64,000 bases of DNA from Chlorokybus atmophyticus (GCA_009103225.1 RHPI01001056.1:1-64000); one strand, 5' to 3'; shown: positions 48,201 through 61,950, counted from the first letter of the stretch. Notes: a model not told the origin generated them from the letters alone. Translations and numbers: made by a program.

Positions 48201-51200
48201 GTCTGGCGGTACATATACAGCTCGTCTTACCGTCTACAGCAGCAGCGGATCTGCTACTACCACAAAGAGCATCTCTGTTTTGGACTCTGACGCTGACCTT
48301 CCTTCTGCCGTCATCACCTCCCCATCTGATGGGGATTCATTCACAGTCAATCAGGTCTTTGTCATCACAGGACAAGTGGGACCTGCAGGCGCCGTTGCTT
48401 CATGGCGCATTATTCAATTTCATTGCTCTAGTACTCAGGTGCTTTGCACTGTTGCAACTTTTTTACGCTGGCAGGCCTACTTTGTCGTAGATTTTGTGAA
48501 AGTGGTCACCCTGCTCGGCAAGAACAGCCCTGGGTGCCAAACATGCCTCTGGTTGCAGGTGGACATCAGCTGCCATACCCATCTTTTCCAACTTGCGGGC
48601 AACACACAGCGCCTGCGGTTGGTTGCTCCGGATCATGAATACTACAACTACCTTCAGATCATCCTATACAGCACGGTGCCGTCCGGCGCAGTCGCTAGCA
48701 CCCAGGTAACTTGCCCATGCATCTTGATATCCAATATGCACGCGCATTAGGCGATAGGCACACAACTGCCTGTGATGCTGCACATACGCGCCTTTGCACA
48801 CACGCCCACACGCACACCCACAGTTTTGCGCTCGTGCGGGTATGCTCGCTGACAATGCCCACGCCCACACATGCCTGCATACATGACACCTATGTGCACA
48901 CCAACATGCCTGCATATGCTCAATGACACTCGCGCATCCCAAACCCACAACCCCCCGCCTCCCCATGCATTGCACCTTCCTCCTCGCCCGCAACAGAAAA
49001 CCAATCCCTCACATGCACCAGGTCAATCTCTACCCCGTCCAAGTGGACCTGACTTTTCAGACCGTGCCTCCCGGTCTGACTATAGCTGCTTCTGGTGGTG
49101 GAAGTCGCACCACTCCCTTTAGCATCGTTGGCATCGCAGGGTCCTCTGTTACTGAAGCTGCACAGAGCCCGCAGTCTCTCAATGGTGATAGCTATGAGTT
49201 TGTCAGCTGGCAGGTATGCAACCTTGGAAGAAGATGCAGTCTGCTGTCAGCTCTCTGTTTTGCTGACATTGACGCATATGCTGCCCTAGTTTGCTCCACT
49301 CCCTGCTTGCTTTACCAGATTCACTTGCATACTTGTTCAGGATGGAAATACTGCCGCTACGCGAGTGATAGTCCTTCCCAACACCGCAGTTACATACACG
49401 GCAGAGTTTCAGCGGCTCGGTGATGCACCACCTGCGCCTGCACCTGCATCACCCCCGCCACCACAGGCCCCGACAGCACCTGCTGATTTACCTGACCCCG
49501 TTGAACCGCCAGGTAACACCTGGGTGCCATATGCCTCCTTGCTGTAAGTTGTAGTACGCCTGCCTATGGTTGGCAATTGCATCTTTGGGTCTTCACGTCC
49601 ACCTGTGCACAGACAGCACTGGATTAACTTCTAACACATTCTGTATGGCAGCCGCCAATCTCGTTGCAAGATTTCTGCTGACAGATACCGATTCCGGCAC
49701 GTCTGTACCTGACACAAGCGGCAACAACCGTGACGGGGTTCTTGCTGGGACATCAAGTGGTGTAAAAACTGGCAGAGGTATGTGCCTGGAGTACATGACT
49801 CGTGTTGGGAGCCGGTCATGCCATTGTTCTCCCAGGAAGTCAACAAGCATTACATTGCTATCAGCTCTTGTAACGTGACTTGTTTGCAGGTTATCAATAT
49901 GATGGTAAAACCAACTACGTCTATCTCGGCAATGCGCCCCTGACACCGTTAGCATGGACTGGCAGCATCACGATCTCAGCCTGGCTGAGGGTTGAGCCAC
50001 TGAATGCTGATGATGTATCTGGTGTGACAACGGTCCGCTACGATGCCGTCGCAGCAAATGCCAAGAGCATACTTCTCGGAGTGCAAGGAAACCCCGCATC
50101 CAACGATTACATGTATGTCTTCGGCACTGACTCGCAAGCCGCAAACCCCATTCACACAATCACTGCCGCTGTAGGCATCCACGACTTTGACTCGTTTGTT
50201 CATCTGGTGGGCACCTATGACGGTTCTGCGTGGAACCTCTACAGGTATGTAAGATAGAAATCATGGGTTATCAAGCTTGTACGGCAGTACACATTCGCAG
50301 AAGCCCCAGCTTGTCCAATGTAGTTTCTGTGATTACTGCCTTTCTTTCCCATGTGACAAACTAACAAGCTGCTTCTGTTAGGAATGGCCTCCTTTCTCAA
50401 TCTGCGCCAGACCCTGCAGGACCTCTCAGCTACTCCGGTTGGTGGAGTCTTGGTGGATCTGGTTTCCGAGACCTGGTGTCCCAAGATCTGTTCTCAGGCC
50501 GCATGCAGGACGTGCAATTGTATAACATAGCATTGGATGCAAGTGAAGTATCCTACCTATACCAGGTACCTAAAGATGGATGACGTGTTGTGCAAAGGCA
50601 CTGGTACTGTGCCTCACGTGACCTCATGAACTGCGTCGATGGATGGTTGGCTACGCTTACATTAATGGCGGTTGTTGGCAGAATCTTGCGGGAACAATCG
50701 ATGCGCCTCCAACTTCTTCTCCGCCACCACCAGTACCTGCAGCTCCAAGTAAGCTTTCTCACCCACGTGTCATGCAGTATCTTTATACCATATGCATGAT
50801 CTGCGCATCTCTTGCATGGTCCATGTACTTCAGACAGTATGATGCGCTGACTCAAGTGTGTTGCAGGTGTCGACCCAGTCGTATACTACCTGCTGACTGA
50901 AACAGATGGTTCATCCGTTGTGCCGGATAGCAGTCCTTATGGCAACGATGGCTTAATCAATGGTGACGTCTCCAACACGCAAGTGAGTGGCAGCAATTGT
51001 GTGCCACTGGGGCTAGCTCACAGACTCACTACTCTGTGTTGAGCAAGATGTGTCATGCTATTGTTTGAGAGTCAGTTGTTGAGTACTCTTGCAGGCGCCC
51101 ATCAAGACCAGCTCGGGGCTGTACTTTAATGGAGGAGGTACATATATATATTTCGGCCAACCTCCTACACTGCAATGGACCGGGTCAATCACAATGACCG

Positions 51201-53665
51201 TGTGGTCCAAGTTCGTTCCCAACCCAGCAAGCAATGTTGCATTGCCCATCTGGTCTCTAGCTGCAGGTATGACATGTGAGGTGGTGTGCTATGCTGTGCT
51301 GCTGGCCTGGCTGCAAACTAGACACTCATACTTTTCTACGGCAATGGCGCAGGCAACAACCGCAACATCAATCTGCGCATTGTCACGCTGTCAGCGAATT
51401 CCTATGTGTATGAGTTTGGGACTGTGATGGGCTCAACGACACACTCAGTCAGGCTCAGTTTGCCAGCTGAAGATAGCAACACGTGGGTACATCTCGCTGG
51501 GGTGTATGATGGATCCGCATGGCAACTACACAGGTATGCATGCAGTTGCACCTGCCTGTTGACAACACCACCTTTGTACTGCCGCTGATTGGGTTGAGGC
51601 TTGTGTTGCTTGGCAGGAATGGTGTTCTTGCCGCTACGTTTGTCGACCCTTCCCCACCTGCAATGAGTTACACAGGATGTAAGCCCTCGTGGCGCACCAT
51701 GCTGACATCTTGACTGCATGATGTTTTTTGCCTCGCATGCAAGTGCTGATGTGAGCAAATGCATAGGGTTTAACCTGGGCACAGTTGGCCAGCGCTACTT
51801 CGGGTCGATCAATGACTTATATAGCGGCACGCTGAGCAACTTCCAGGTAAGGTTACCACCGAGGCATTGCAGCTGCTGCTTGGTGCCTTGGTGCTTGTCT
51901 GTACATGGATGGCATGATGAGTTGTGCCTCGAGTTGTGGGGCAACCAGCACAGCTGCTGCGCATGTTTTGGTGTGACTGTTGTGGATGCGGATGGTAGTG
52001 TGCATAAAGCTGACTGCCATCTCTGATGCAGATGTATGCGTCAGCTCTCTCCGCAGCTGAAGTGCAGTACATCTACCTGACCTCACTCATCAGTGCCGTC
52101 ACACTGTCACCCCCACCTCCAGCCCCAACAGACACCCCAGGCCCACCCACACAGACTCAAGGTGCGTACATTACGTATGTTGTTCGCAAGGGCAGTGGTT
52201 GTTGTTCAACTGGGTTTCCCAATTGCTTCTTTGATTTGCAGAAGATGCGCTGGTGGCGTACTTTCCGTTGTTGGATACGAACGATGATTATAATGTACCC
52301 AATCTGGCCCCTGGCAATAACGGAGGCGGATTGCTGTTTGATGGGCGCCCAGCACTGTCTGTGAAAACAGGTGATGGCTACGACTTTGGCGCAACCGGGT
52401 ATACGCACATCAACTTTGGCTACCCGGACTCAGCACCGGGTGCGTGTTGATGTTGTCTACCGCACATGTGTAAAGCTTGTTGAAGGCAGGTTGGGTACAA
52501 CCTTACACATTCTCTTTGGTGTGCAGAGCTGCAGCTAGCAAACACAGCAGTGACGCTATCAGCCTTCATCAACTACCCCAGAGATATTGTTCAGAATGAT
52601 GGAAGCGTCGAGTATGACATCCTGTCAAGCTACCACAATGGCATAGTTCTACGCCTACGGGCTGGCGGAAACACTGGGAAGTACATCTTTGGTGCTGCGC
52701 CCACGGACACCAGCACGAACATCAACATACACTCTGCTCAGATCACGATCAGCTCCACCGACATTGGGGTCGATGTTCACTTGGCCGGAACATATGACGG
52801 TGCCAGTTTCAAGCTCTACAGGAATGGTGTACAGGTTGCTTCAAGAGCAGATACAACGGTGGTGCAGCAGGTGAGTTCAAACGTAGCAGGTTGATGACTG
52901 ATTGTTGTTGGTTTGCTTATCGCACCCTAACTATATTTGCACCGACCAGTTCATTGGCGTTTGGAATATCGGCATGTGGGGGAGTGAGTATTTTGATGCG
53001 GTCAACAACCTCTTCATCGGTCGCATTAAGCAAGTGCAGGTTGGTGGCAACGTCTTGCTTCTTACTTGTGTATGGTGGCTAGCACCCATGCTGAGCATGC
53101 ACATAGACTTCACACAGGGCGCACTGCTTCAACTGTTTACCATTGACGACACCCAGAGCCGCTGCAGCTTTTGCACAATGCTGATACTGTGATGTGTATC
53201 AAGGTGTTCAACACTGCGCTGACGGTGACCGAGGTGGCTTCTCTGTACAATTCCCTCCGTAATCAGCCGTCGGGCGTGCCTCCGGATTCTGCATCACCAC
53301 CCTCATCGCCACCCTCATTGCCACCTCCAGACTCCGCGCCACCACCCCAGTTACCACCCCCATCACCACCACCATCATCGCCGCCTCCCAGTCCATCACC
53401 ACCACCTCCCAAGACATCCCCACCTCCTCGCTCATCCGCATCATCTCCACCTCCACCTAGACCTCCGCGCCCGCCGCCGAGTCCTCCTGCTCCACCTCCA
53501 CCTCCTCCCAGACCTCCGCGCCCACCTCCAAGTCCGCCCAGACCACCTCCACCCCCACCTAGACCACCGCGCCCGCCTCCAAGTCCTCCTGCTCCACCTC
53601 CACCCCCACCCAAATCACCTCCACCCCCACGTAAGTCACCCAAATCACCCCCACCTCCAAAGTGA
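45264..53665 (+). CDS. Secreted GSDH (PQQ-type sugar dehydrogenase fold) - PKD - 3x LamG-like - Ser/Pro-rich tail protein, about 30 exons
   Basis: Signal peptide MSPCKALRLQWPLLSLLLTLLLASSAKA; FPTCVRFSTDGRVFVAEKNG; HSAGDLLF; GLRNPF; IWFGDVGW; NFGWPCYE; ALFFADY; PKD LTFDASQS..YQWDFDGDG; three VHL(A/V)G(T/V)YDG LamG cores; SPPPP/RPPRPP tail. Confidence 0.88.
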
Positions 53666-55249
53666 CTTCCATTCCTCCCCAGACGCCAGCTTCAACAATA
53701 AGGCAACCACAGAAGAGCAGTCGAATAATGGTTTCGCAGTTGACAGTATGCATGTTGGGCAGTGATGAATGTGTTGATGACTTTGTATGTGTGCAGACAC
53801 TTTTGTAAATGTAGACGTGCGATTGTTGTTCGTTGTTTTGGTTTGTACGGTAGGAAACTGCTGTTAGAGAAGGTAGTTGTGGTTGATCGCTCTGGTATAT
53901 CTGAGTCTTACACAAATCAGATTGTGACATAGAGGGGTTGGTTATATGTTGATGCTGTGCGGTTTACTGGTTGGAAGGAGTAGTGTTACCTACCTTACAT
54001 GCCAGGTGGGCATGCAAACTGCACAGCATACTCGCATGCTCTCAGTCAAGGTATGTTGCATATGTGTGAGCGTACCCTGTAGTCATGACAAGCAGCATTG
54101 CCTCAACATCCCTTAGTCGCAAATGCATGTGTACAAGAGAGCTATGCTATACTGTGTGCGTTAGTAAACCACTATATATGTCACACGTGTGTATTGGTTG
54201 TCATGTAGCTGTGTGCGGTGTATCAATTGACGTAATGTAATTGTCGGAAGTTTGTACATGTAGTAGGAGTTTTCTCTGTGACTGTCGGGACCTTACTGGC
54301 GATGTGACGAAGTCATGTGCATCGTGGTACATTGTTACAACTTTCCTAGCAGCTGGTCATCGCAGCTATCAGCCAGATACACATGTGTGTCTTGCTGTGT
54401 CATGGCGGCTATCAGTTGTGTGCGCATGTGCGCGTTGTTTCCCTGAGCGTGTGTATCAGTCTATGTTGGTGTCATGCCTGTAATGAAGCTTTGCGCAATT
54501 TGACATGTTCATGCTGGTACCGTCAATGTGCATGCAGCTACATGCGGTGTGTTACGTACATAAGTCTAAAGGACTACTGCGTTTGTCAGGGCGACAGCAA
54601 GTTGTGAGTCATGTGCGTGCGTGCATGCGTGTGCAGTCTCAGCAGCTGTGAAGCATTTGTGCTGTATGAAGCGCTCGTGTTGCGACCGCCACTGTACATG
54701 TCGCTACGTGCTGTGTGCTTCATAGAGTGCGCGCCCGCGCACATGCATGCGCATACGTGTGTGTGCACGTTGGCTGCTAACAAGCACGTGTTGTGTGCGT
54801 TATGTGGCTTGCATGCTGTGGCTGTTGGCTACCTGCGGTATGAAGGGGCTGATGCAGCGATGGCGACGAGACGAGCGAAAACGCTGCGCATCAAGGTTTT
54901 GCCCCAATTTGTACTCGTTGACAGAGAGGATGCCGTGGCCTCCATAGGCTATATAGCTGTAGTATATGGTATATACTCGCAAACGAGATGTTCTTCCTCT
55001 GACACTGTGGCATGTTTGTGTGCGGGGTGCTTGCGTGGGGTGATTGAGCAGTGTGCGCGTGGGTAGGCTTGGACTACCTGAGCGCTGCAACCGTAAGTAG
55101 GTATGTGGGTATGTATAGGCATTCCAATGTCACGGTTGCAAGTATGCACGGCACTCTCCCTCACTCACAACTCAAGATATAAAGGCAAGGCACTACACCT
55201 CACCCGGCCACATCTTCAGCAGCAACGCCTGGACGCTCCTTTGCAGAGA

Positions 55250-58200
55250 CTAAAGATGTAATGCTGGCAGCTGATGGCGTGCACGTCACCTACTTCACAC
55301 GCACTTCGCACTTCGCCCTTGTTCGCAACAACATCGTCAACCGCGTCACGGGAGATAGCATACAAGGGGTTGCTACAACAACTACACAAGTCCAAGAGAT
55401 GATCACCGACACACAATACCCGCTCATGGCAGTGTATGTGCACATGCTGCTTGAAACATGCTTGTACAAAGAGTATGGGGATGTTCATGCCTCACTGTCT
55501 GGGGAGGATTGCGCGGGCACTTGAGGCGGTCAAGATGGAACTGTCCACTGACTACACTGAGCGCACCTCATCACCGAGTTGCTAGACTTCTACATGGAGG
55601 TGCGGAAGAAGGCAGCCACACAACTTGGGCAATACCAGCCTATGACAAGGTACGCATTTGTATGTAACAGGTTGTCTTTCCATCGCATGTCCGTTCCACC
55701 TCCCATTAACCATCGCTTTCATGCAGCTGCCTTGGGCAGCTGCACGTCACTCACATGAGGCTACAAGTCTTCTCCTGCTGCCCTCGGGGCTGAGCTGAGA
55801 AGCTTGTCGCCGTCCAGGCAGGGCCTGTGACGTGCTCTGCATGGCCATGCTGAATTCTGCGCACCGGTACAGGTGTTTCCAAACCAACTTGCCGAAACCA
55901 CTCTCCAATGGTGGCGACAAGGCCAAGGGAGCTGCACCTGCTGGTGGCATGGACAACGCTACCAACAATGGCAGCAACAACAACCACAACAATAAGCAAG
56001 CCGCTGCTGGCAACAACAGAGGGTAGCGTAGATACCAAGACAGGAAGGCGTGAGTAACATAGGATAGAACTCCTTGTGTATAACCCCGTGTGCAATCGAA
56101 CTTTTGTTGTGTCTTATACCATGTGCTTGCTTGAATTTGGTGCATGCATCGTGTGTCTGCGCCCTTGGTTACTGTCGTCTCTCATTCCAGCGTGCACAAG
56201 CCAGTCGCAAGTACTGCGCTACCATCAGCTGCTGATGCAGCTGGCGATGCCTCCACTGTATGTTGCATTGTCAACGGCACAAGTTCCCCACTCCCCTCTC
56301 AAGCACGCAGAAGCACGCAGTCAATGCGCGCCCAGCAGCTCGCAAGTGCAGACGCACATGTGCGTAGTGCTGCCTCACATGCCCCGCACAGCAACCAAGA
56401 TGAGCACGAGGACGAAACAGCCTTTGAGGCGGCATGCTATCAGTTGGACACGCAACCTCATGCACAACACAGCGGAATTTCTTGGCAACCGGCACGCGCT
56501 TGGCCTACGCCGCGGCAGCACCATCCATGGTCGGAGGAGCTGCAGGCAGCGACTGTGCAAGCCGTGCTGGACAAGCTTGAGAGAGTGGGGATGAGCCCGA
56601 GCTGTCTCTATGTTCGGAGGAAAGCTGGCGAGTACAGTACAGCTCAGTGCTTTCATGCACGATGCTGGTAACTTTGTAGCTGCAGAGCCGCGAGCGCACC
56701 TGCATGGCAGCTCTGTCTGCGCGCTACCAAGCACCCAATGCCGTCGCGGGTGCCGAGCTGGCTCAGCTCCGGCTACCCCTTGCATTTTCAAGGGACTGCA
56801 GCAGCTCCTTAGCAAGAGTTACGACAGGTGCAGTTGCTGCTGCGCTCAGAAGGTTGGTCGCATGCTCGCATCCATGCTGCCCTGCGAGCATCAGCACCTC
56901 CACCTATTGCGTTGCGCAATCGTGCCTTCTTACATGACCACAAAGGGGTTGTTGTGGAGGAGCTTACTTCGCTGGTGCGCACGGGGGCTATCACCCCGGT
57001 GCCAACCGACGCAGCAAGGCAGGTAATCTCGTGTATGCGGTGGTAGTTACGAGCAAGAAACGTTTGGTGGTGGATCTTTGCTACATCAACCTCTTCCTCG
57101 CACACATACCTTTCCACTACGAGCGCTTGACGGACGTGCTACACTACACTTGGTAGGAACGTGGCAAGCAAGCTTTGACTTGAAAAGCGGATACCACCAC
57201 ATTCCCATCCGCGCACGCGGCACCAACTACTTGTGCGTCGCCTTTGAAGGTCAGGTGTTCAGATGGAACGTGCTCCCCTTCGGACTGAATCAAGCATGCT
57301 ATGCATTTAGAAAATATATATGCAACTTGTCATCCACAAGCCATTGCGAAGTGCGGGCATTGGCACCCTCAGCTACATAGATGACATGCACATGGCGCAT
57401 CGCAACAAAGGGCATCTACTTTGGCGTATTGAGCTGATTATGCAGCTCTGTGCGGCACTGCGCGAGTTTTTTGGACTGCCTAGTGCAATGCGTTCCCCAC
57501 CATGCGCTTGCAGCTGTTGGGGCTCATTGTGGACTCGCAAGTGGGCGCGTTCTCGGTGCCCGAAGCCAAGCTCGAGGACCTCGACATGCTGCTTGAAGAC
57601 ACGCTGGCGGGCACAATGCGCACCAACAGAGTGCTGGCGCGCGTAGCAGGCAAGCTGATCAGCCTACGCTTGGCCGTTCCTCCCATGCTGCTATTTGCTA
57701 GGTCGCTTATGGAGGTAGTAAACTACGCCAACACTTGGGAAGCACCGTTTGCAGCACCGGCCATCACAAAAGAGTTCATTGCATGGTTGCGATCAGCCAT
57801 GCGCATGTACACAGCCAGCGCTTGGTGGAGACCGCCTAGCTCCATTTTGCTGCGCGCAGATGCATCAGGAGAGAAGGGTTGGGGTGCAGTAACACCGTGG
57901 GGCCACGTGCAGGGCAACTTCACGCCGGTTGAGCTAGAGCTGTCCTCGGCAACCAAGGAAGGGCTGGCGTATGTTGCCGTGATCACAGAGGCAGCTCGCC
58001 GCTTCCCAAACCTGCGGCACACAACCGTCACACTTGAAGGGGACTGTCAACCAGCACTACAAGCTCTCTCCATGCTGGTCTCCCCCCGCCTTACCTAAGA
58101 ACCCTGCTCTATAAGCTCTGGGGAGGGAATTCCACTTGCGTTTCTCGTGGCAGCCGCGCAAGCGGCTGCAAGTGGAGGACTGGCTCTCCAAAACCCCGGA

Positions 58201-58642
58201 TGCAGGTGATGGGGCCCTGCGCGCAACAACGCGTGATGAAGTGATAGCGCGATGGGGTGCCCCTAGTGTAGACGTGTTTGCTTCGGAGGTCAATACCGTT
58301 GCTCCCGTCTTCTTCTCGGCTTGTAACAGCCCGGGCTCCAGTGGCAATGCTCTCACCTCCGGTTGGGATTGCACCCCGCATGGCCTCTTATGGGTCCTCC
58401 CGCCCTTGGCACTGCTAGGCACGGCGATACAATTTGTTGCGCACACTCGACGTGATTGCATATCGCTTATGCCACAGTGGACACAGAAACCTTGGTGGCC
58501 ACAACTGCTGGGGCTACCTATTCATGACTCCATGCTACTTCATGCACACCCAGCTCTGTTTTGGAGGGGTATGAGAGTGCCTGCGCACATCCCTAGCCCA
58601 GGCAAATACCCGCATGTGGCATTCTATAGATTGTTTACCTGA
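55250..58642 (+). mobile_element. Decayed DIRS-type retrotransposon: gag-like remnant, RT, RNase H, Dam-like N6-adenine MT domain
   Basis: KRLVVDL; FDLKSGYHHI; WNVLPFGL; YIDD; LGLIVDS; DASGEKGWGA...EGDCQPAL; MT segment SVDVFASEVN..FFS..GNAL..W..WVLPP..PQWTQKPWWPQL. Many stops and frameshifts; ends not found. Confidence 0.85.
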
Positions 58643-58915
58643 TTGGACGGGCATAAGTCGACAATATGGATAGAGTGTTAGGCTCCATGTACATGACATG
58701 ACATAACAGCTAGACCCACCAAGCTGCAAGATATGTCAAGCTTGATTTACGTAAGCTCTACACAAGCTTCCATGCGAATGCATGTGATATCTTAAGACAC
58801 CTCGACATGTTATTGAATGCTGAGAACTGTGCTGTACACATGAGCGAACCCTGCCCGTATCCGCTATCTAACAGTTGCCACCTAACCACGAGAGCACATG
58901 CATTCAGTCAGCTAA

Positions 58916-58969
58916 ATTGCTAACGTTGAGTTGTTTGCGCGTTCGCACAGACAACTCAACGTTAGCAAT
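58916..58969. other. Perfect 19-bp stem hairpin
   Basis: ATTGCTAACGTTGAGTTGT (58916-58934) and its exact reverse complement (58951-58969). Confidence 0.9.
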
Positions 58970-59171
58970 GTCGCAGTGCTCCATACTACCACTGTTGCAC
59001 CTGAAACCTCACAACAATGACTTACGAGGTCACAACATACCTCTTGTCGTCCACTCGAGCTGGACCTTATGAGAGCGCCAGTCGCGTTTCAGGACTGTGA
59101 GTGCCAGTTGCGTTTCAGGTCTGGAGTCACTGCACTAAACAGTGCGGAGGTTACTGTGGTGGTGGTGGTCC

Positions 59172-60370
59172 ATGGCGGCAGACGACGGCGGGTTGGATGG
59201 CGGCGTGGTGGACATTGCATTAGCGCATGCATTGGCGCCTTCGGTCAGTAGACATATTGACACTGCCATGCCACGCGGTATCATCAATTTCTTGCGAGAT
59301 CAATGGTCTATTAGGGAGTACTTTTTACCACTTGCCGTTGTAGCACCAGCTCAGACCCTGTAAAGTAACGGTCTTCAGACGAAGCAGGTCACGATCATTG
59401 AGGACGAGGAGTATTTTTCGGCTGAGGAAGAAAGCAAGTAAGATCTAGCTTGTCACTAGCAACTTGCACATTACTACGTGCATTGAATGCACCTGGTGTA
59501 CTCACACCGGTTGTTGTTCTTGTATGCCAGAGAGGATGTCATTGCAGAAGCAGGCCCTGCGACGGCTGCTGGGACACCTCTCAGCAGCCGTCGCAGGGCC
59601 AAGCGGCAAAAGGAGGAGGAGCCTGTGAGCAGCAGTGCGGCTGCCAGCTCCAGCGTGCCACTCGCGAAGAGAAGGCGTGCAGACACATACGATACAGGTC
59701 AGTGTGCTTTGCCGTGTGCAATGTGCTTTGTTAATGAAAGACATGCTGGTGTGTAGGAAAACAATGTCCTAAATGTGGGAACAGAGAGCGCTATGTTAAC
59801 GACAACCATTGCGTACAATGCAAACGGCCATGGCAGAAGCTAGTGGCTTCACAACGTTGCACTGAACCTCCAAGCAACAGCACAGCTTTGCTCACAAGAG
59901 GGAACAAGACAAACACATACGAAGACCCAGGTCAGTGTGTTGATTATTGCAAGCTATCATAGCTATCATGATGTCACTATCGCCTGTCATTCAAAGAAAT
60001 GATGTTGGACAGAAAACCCATGCAGTTGTGGGAGTGTCGAGCGCTATACGTATGACAAAAGGTGCGCACCATGCCGCCGAGATAAAAGGAACAAACTACA
60101 TTTGGAAAGGAGAGAGACTGTGCTGAAGGAGACTGCTGACCTCCCTGCGCATGTGCACCAGAAACCAGGTTACAAGATAGCAGACAATGTTTAGGTTGTG
60201 GTCTCCTATTGTGTCTTTTGCATCATTACATCTTACTTGCAGGTCCGCCTTGTGAAATCTGTGGGGGGACCACGTACCAGCGCATCTCCAATTGCTCACA
60301 CACACGCACAGTGTGCAAGAGGAAGAGCGGGATGATCTGCTGAAGATACCGCAGAGAATAGGTTGGAGCT
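59172..60370 (+). CDS. Spliced gene with three C4 zinc-ribbon-like repeats, truncated by the element starting at 60371
   Basis: Five to six exons join in phase: TGKQCPKCGNRERYVNDNHCVQC, NPCSCGSVERYTYDKRCAPC, GPPCEICGGTTYQRISNC. The last exon is probably frameshifted. Confidence 0.65.
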
Positions 60371-61655
60371 CACACGGAATTTTTTCCACGGACCAGGGCC
60401 AAAACGCCCGGGCGGCTTGGGGTCCAGACCAGGGTCGCCCGCCTTGGTCTGCACGCGGGGACCAGGGCTGGTCCAAACAGTACGTAATTGTCCCACGGTC
60501 CCCCAAAAAACCGGGCCAGCCCTGGTGCCGGTTAAAACCGACAAACGGACCGAGGCTGGTCCTTTTGCATGGACCATTATTGATGAACGAAGTGCGTCGC
60601 ACGTTAATGAAGCCATGGTCCGAAGCGACGGACCATGGCTGGAGCGCTTTCATAAACCCATGCATGGCGTGACCGGTCATCAAATTGAATGCGTTTGGGC
60701 CGGCTGCAGCCGGACCAGCATGAAGAAAACCAATGACGGTTAAAAGTGCTTCAAGGTAACTATGTTTTGGCGGCTAACTGCGGTCAGCCGCAGCAACTAA
60801 GCCGCAGCTGACCGCGGTTAGACCGCCGCTGCTGGTAGCCTGGCCGGCGGCCTGGTACTCCACATAAAGAGCACCAGGCCACGCCGCATGCTGGTCATGC
60901 TGGCCTGGTAGCGACCAGGCCAGCCGGACCAAGGCTAAGGGCTTCGCGGGCGCCAGGCATGGCTTCTTGCGCTGCTGCCGCCGCTGCCCTGGCACCGACC
61001 ACGCCATGACGAGCAGATAGCCATGGGCCGTTTGCTTGTCATGCCTTGACTATGCACATTCAGTAAGCTCTGAAAATATGCATGCTGGTCTTACAAAATC
61101 AGTCACATGTGGTTGCAATCCACGAACCTTTCAACAAGCATGCAACGGCATACACTGTATGCATAGCATGCACGTAGCAAAATGCTCCAGCCACAACCCC
61201 AGTGAACGTGAACAAAACCATCCATTCTTTGACTTTACAACAAGCATACAGCTACAACACGACAACACACCTACGATCTGAATGTCAATCACACAAGTTC
61301 TGAACTATATAAGTGCCACCTACTTAATTACATTAAAATGTGGCACATGCGCGTAAGCACAGAAACAGTCTTGCACACCTAGAGGACTACACCACAGGAT
61401 CACAACTTGGTACCCGTTGCCTTGGTAGCTGATTGGTAGCCAGCTCCTCACCCCAATGTCATTGCTGCCACACCTTAGCTGATTTGCGCAGTCTGCACGT
61501 GCGTATGTGTGTAACTATCAGTGTGCATAAGCGCGGCAAGGGTGCAAGCTTAAGCGACTGTCAACGTCTGCGTGTGAGTACACAGAAGTGAAATGCACTT
61601 GCGGACACATGCATGTATGCAGGCCTGCCTATACAAGCTGGCACTTTCAGACATC

Positions 61656-61950
61656 CGCCTATGACTTTTTGAATCTATTGACGAGGTATTGCTGGCTCAT
61701 AGGCCGCACTGGTCAGTGTGGTCTATTAGCCAGCCTATGGCATGCCATTTAGGTTGCACTAGTCAGTGCAGTCCATGAGCCAGCCTTATAGGCTGCACTG
61801 GATAGTGCGGCCTATGAGGCTGCACTACCATAGCTGGTAGCCTAGCAAGTGTGTGTAGGTGTGCACGTGCATGCGCGCATGACAAAGAGCACTTGCATGC
61901 TTGCATGTCGGGACAGTGCGGTCTATAAACCCAATTGTAAGTGCGTGCGT
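61656..61950. repeat. Palindrome-rich dispersed repeat, copy 1 (copy 2 at ~63014-63290)
   Basis: Both begin CCGCCTATGACTTTT and contain TAGGCCGCAC/GTGCGGCCTA and TATAGGCTGCACTGGA units. Confidence 0.75.

Noticed and set aside
53263-53643. Gly-rich minus-strand ORF
   Set aside because: Antisense shadow of the proline-rich tail.
59069-59251. RFRSGVTAL as a tyrosine-recombinase HxxR box for the DIRS element
   Set aside because: No His, no upstream Arg box, no catalytic Tyr; the segment is a 26-bp tandem repeat upstream of another gene.
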